64,000 bases of DNA from Azolla caroliniana (Eukaryota > Plantae > Polypodiophyta). Position 1 is the first letter of the stretch. Every line of letters starts with the position of its first letter. The notes under the pieces are model-generated. The model ran no database searches and had not been told where the DNA came from. It was given only the letters and a program-made list of their open reading frames with translations. A program made the translations under genes and the position numbers. Of this stretch, positions 61,301 to 64,000 are shown one piece after another. The stretch is taken from contig JBHGNT010000017.1 in assembly GCA_043228905.1 (NCBI GenBank), forward strand, positions 3,720,001 through 3,784,000. The letters are read 5' to 3'.

Positions 61301-64000
61301 TCATCAAAACATTCAAAATTGAGAAGAATTCTTAGGTTCGAATGAAAGGAACAATATAGACATGTGGTAATTGTTGATTGAAGGGCCCATTCTCTGAGCA
61401 AGGTAAACACTCATTAACCGATGATACGAATTACATAAATAATCATCATAGAAGTTTTGTCATTCTAACTTATTCACATTGCATAAGCACTATTGTATTG
61501 CACTATTTTTTTGTAAGTTTGTGTGGCTACACACTAGGTATGTACCTATGTACATATAGATAGAACATGGATATCTGCCAACTATCTATGTTTTGGTCAA
61601 ATTGCATCTGACATAGATAAAACATTCCACGTTTCACTCATGTTGCCATGTCTCAAAATATACTAATCATGATGCAAAAATAATGACATGTTGGTCTTTT
61701 CATTGTCATCACTTGTCACCCCAGATCGAGTTTCATATTAATAATATAATGCATTCCAGAAATATTGGAGTGTGTTAATTGTGAAGACAATGCTTTGTGT
61801 TATGATTTGACAGGAAATGTCTTATTTATCAATTTCCTAACAGAATTCTAGTAAAATTGGAAAGCTACTAGATATTACTATTAAGCTTTGATTTATCGAG
61901 TATTTTTATTATTATCAGTTCCAACACGAGTTTGACATATTTAAATAAAGTCGCGACAATGTCTATAACAAGAGTTAATATGGAAAACCTCCAAAATACC
62001 CCGAGTTTTTCTTCATGACCCAACTCACCATGCTATAGGCATAGTCATATAGTTAATTCACCCCAAGTTTCCTCTTGTAGGTGTTGATCAAGGACATTTG
62101 GAAAAAAACATATCCTTGGAGTGGTTTGGCCTTCCCCATTACCACAAGTCTCAAAATAAAAAAAGGTGTTAGATTGTACAATAAACTACCGAAATACTTA
62201 AAAACATTGTGGCAAGGCACCAAAAGGTTCCTACATTCTAATTAACTTAAAATAGTTGCAACTTTTGATTTGGTTAATTATAACAATACAACATATTGTA
62301 ATAGATAGACTAAGCAAACATAATCTAATTGAAATGTGTGAGCCTATATATACCGACCATAATACAAGTCTAACGATCGAGTTGGAATTTGATTACAAAG
62401 TGACCTCCATAAGCTAATGATGATGCTTAATCACATAATATGAGCTCATACATAATATTCATAATAATCTTTAACTAATTAGTTTTCATGAGAGAGAAAG
62501 ACCAATTGGGTCGGCTTAGTTTAAACCCTCCAAATACTTTAGTATCTACTCGAGAAAATTAGGGCTTTGTTGAGTGTGGGTCATTTTGGAGTGTGATAAC
62601 CCTTGTGCATTTGTGGTTTGTAATTGAATTCTAGAAGCCATGGTAACTAGACCATATGATGAAAACCAAAGAGAAGGTGTCTTTTATTCTAATTCTTAAT
62701 AAGTTTTGCCTAACAATGTTTTTTAATTTTTGTGAGACCGACATGCTCATGATTGTATCCTTTTTTATGTGAGTATGATGTGTCTCTCTTTCATGTTTGT
62801 GGAGCATCATACTATGAAGATTGTAATGTCCCAAGAAATTTCCCATTTCCCATTGACACCATGAATAAAACACATGTTTTGTACATCCAATCTCTCAAAA
62901 TTAATGGATTGTCATTCGATTAATGCTAATCATACAATGAAGAGGGAATGTTCAAGGTAGTACCGACAAAAATCAGTTAGTGAGAACTTGTAGAACATTT
63001 GAACCTACCAGAAACGAAAACAAGGAAAGACTTGGTATCATAGTAATTTTAATTATAATATAACTAAAGTGGATGAACATGTTGAACCTTCAAGCACCAC
63101 TAACTTGTTGAATCTATCTTGTCATATTATTAACTTGAGCCCCTTTTCAAGCATATATATAAAGTTGGCATTTAATATTAAGATATTGTGTAAGCAAATA
63201 TTTTGATTATTAATACATCAACCTAGAATTTGAGGATCTAAGCTCGTGGCCAAACAAGATAGAGTGCTTGAACATTCCTTGATTTTTTGAGATGCTGACA
63301 GTTGGAATGTGTGTTAGTGTTAGTGTTGGTGATGTAGATGTTGTTATAGTGGCAATACATCAGTGTTGGCTTACTCGAGACTAAACAAAGAGGATTTCTT
63401 AAAGTGTTAAGTTGCATGGGAACAAATGGGAAAAATCCTTGTTGGCGATCAATAGTGTAATGTATGCCATGGTGGGCACTAGGTTCACGATTGTGTTTGC
63501 AACTAAAAGGAGAAAATAGATTCATGTTGAATCTTGACAAGAAATGACAGGAATCAATGAAAGGCATCACGTGGTACCTAAGTCATACAAGGAACCAAAG
63601 CATGAGCCTTGAAGTATGCGATGTGGCAATACTTGTTGTTTTGAACTTTGACCATGCCGATCACGTGGATTGTAGGAAGTCAACATAATGACAATTCTTT
63701 GAAATTGTGGGAGTGGTGTCGTGTAGGTCAACTCTCCAAGACCAGGTAATAGTATGGACAACTAAAGAGGAGTATATGGTGGGCAATGAAGCATGCAAGA
63801 AGATTTTGTCTTTCTCAACTAGTCGCTATCATGGGAGTCACTTGCCAAAGGCCAAGCCGCCACAATTAACACCACCATATGCATATGTAGAATTTTGGCC
63901 TTCAGTGTGAGGTTGTTGAATACAAGACACACTAGAAGGAAAAGCCAATTGAAAATGTTTCAAGGCAAATTATACATATGAAAAAAGTAGGGATTGGAGA

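Noticed and set aside
55400-64000. Short ORFs and small duplications (42-bp near 58750-58825, about 65-bp near 60073-60190)
   Set aside because: No recognisable protein motifs, splice-consistent exons or TE termini. Treated as decayed intergenic DNA.

Overview
Land-plant nuclear DNA: AT-rich and CpG-depleted, with GT-AG introns. A non-seed plant such as a fern is a weak guess. The first 12.8 kb is a three-level transposon nest: an old foldback/MITE was hit by a Ty1/copia element (991-12742, TSD AGAAC), which was hit inside its integrase by a sister copia element (3647-9645, TSD GAAAT). Both copia elements carry a second copy of the polypurine tract and an in-frame acidic then Arg-rich pol extension after RNase H. 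Next come a solo LTR, a Mutator-like MITE and a 173-bp tandem array. Three spliced + strand genes follow: a LETM1-like protein (18 coding exons, about 934 aa), an ABCG11-like half transporter (11 exons, about 728 aa) and an unusually long MIXTA-like subgroup 9 R2R3-MYB (3 exons, about 701 aa). The ABCG and MYB genes are neighbours separated only by TE debris, and both families are known cuticle actors. The rest is decayed LINE/SINE debris, small tandem duplications and microsatellites. All exon calls and difference counts were made by eye.
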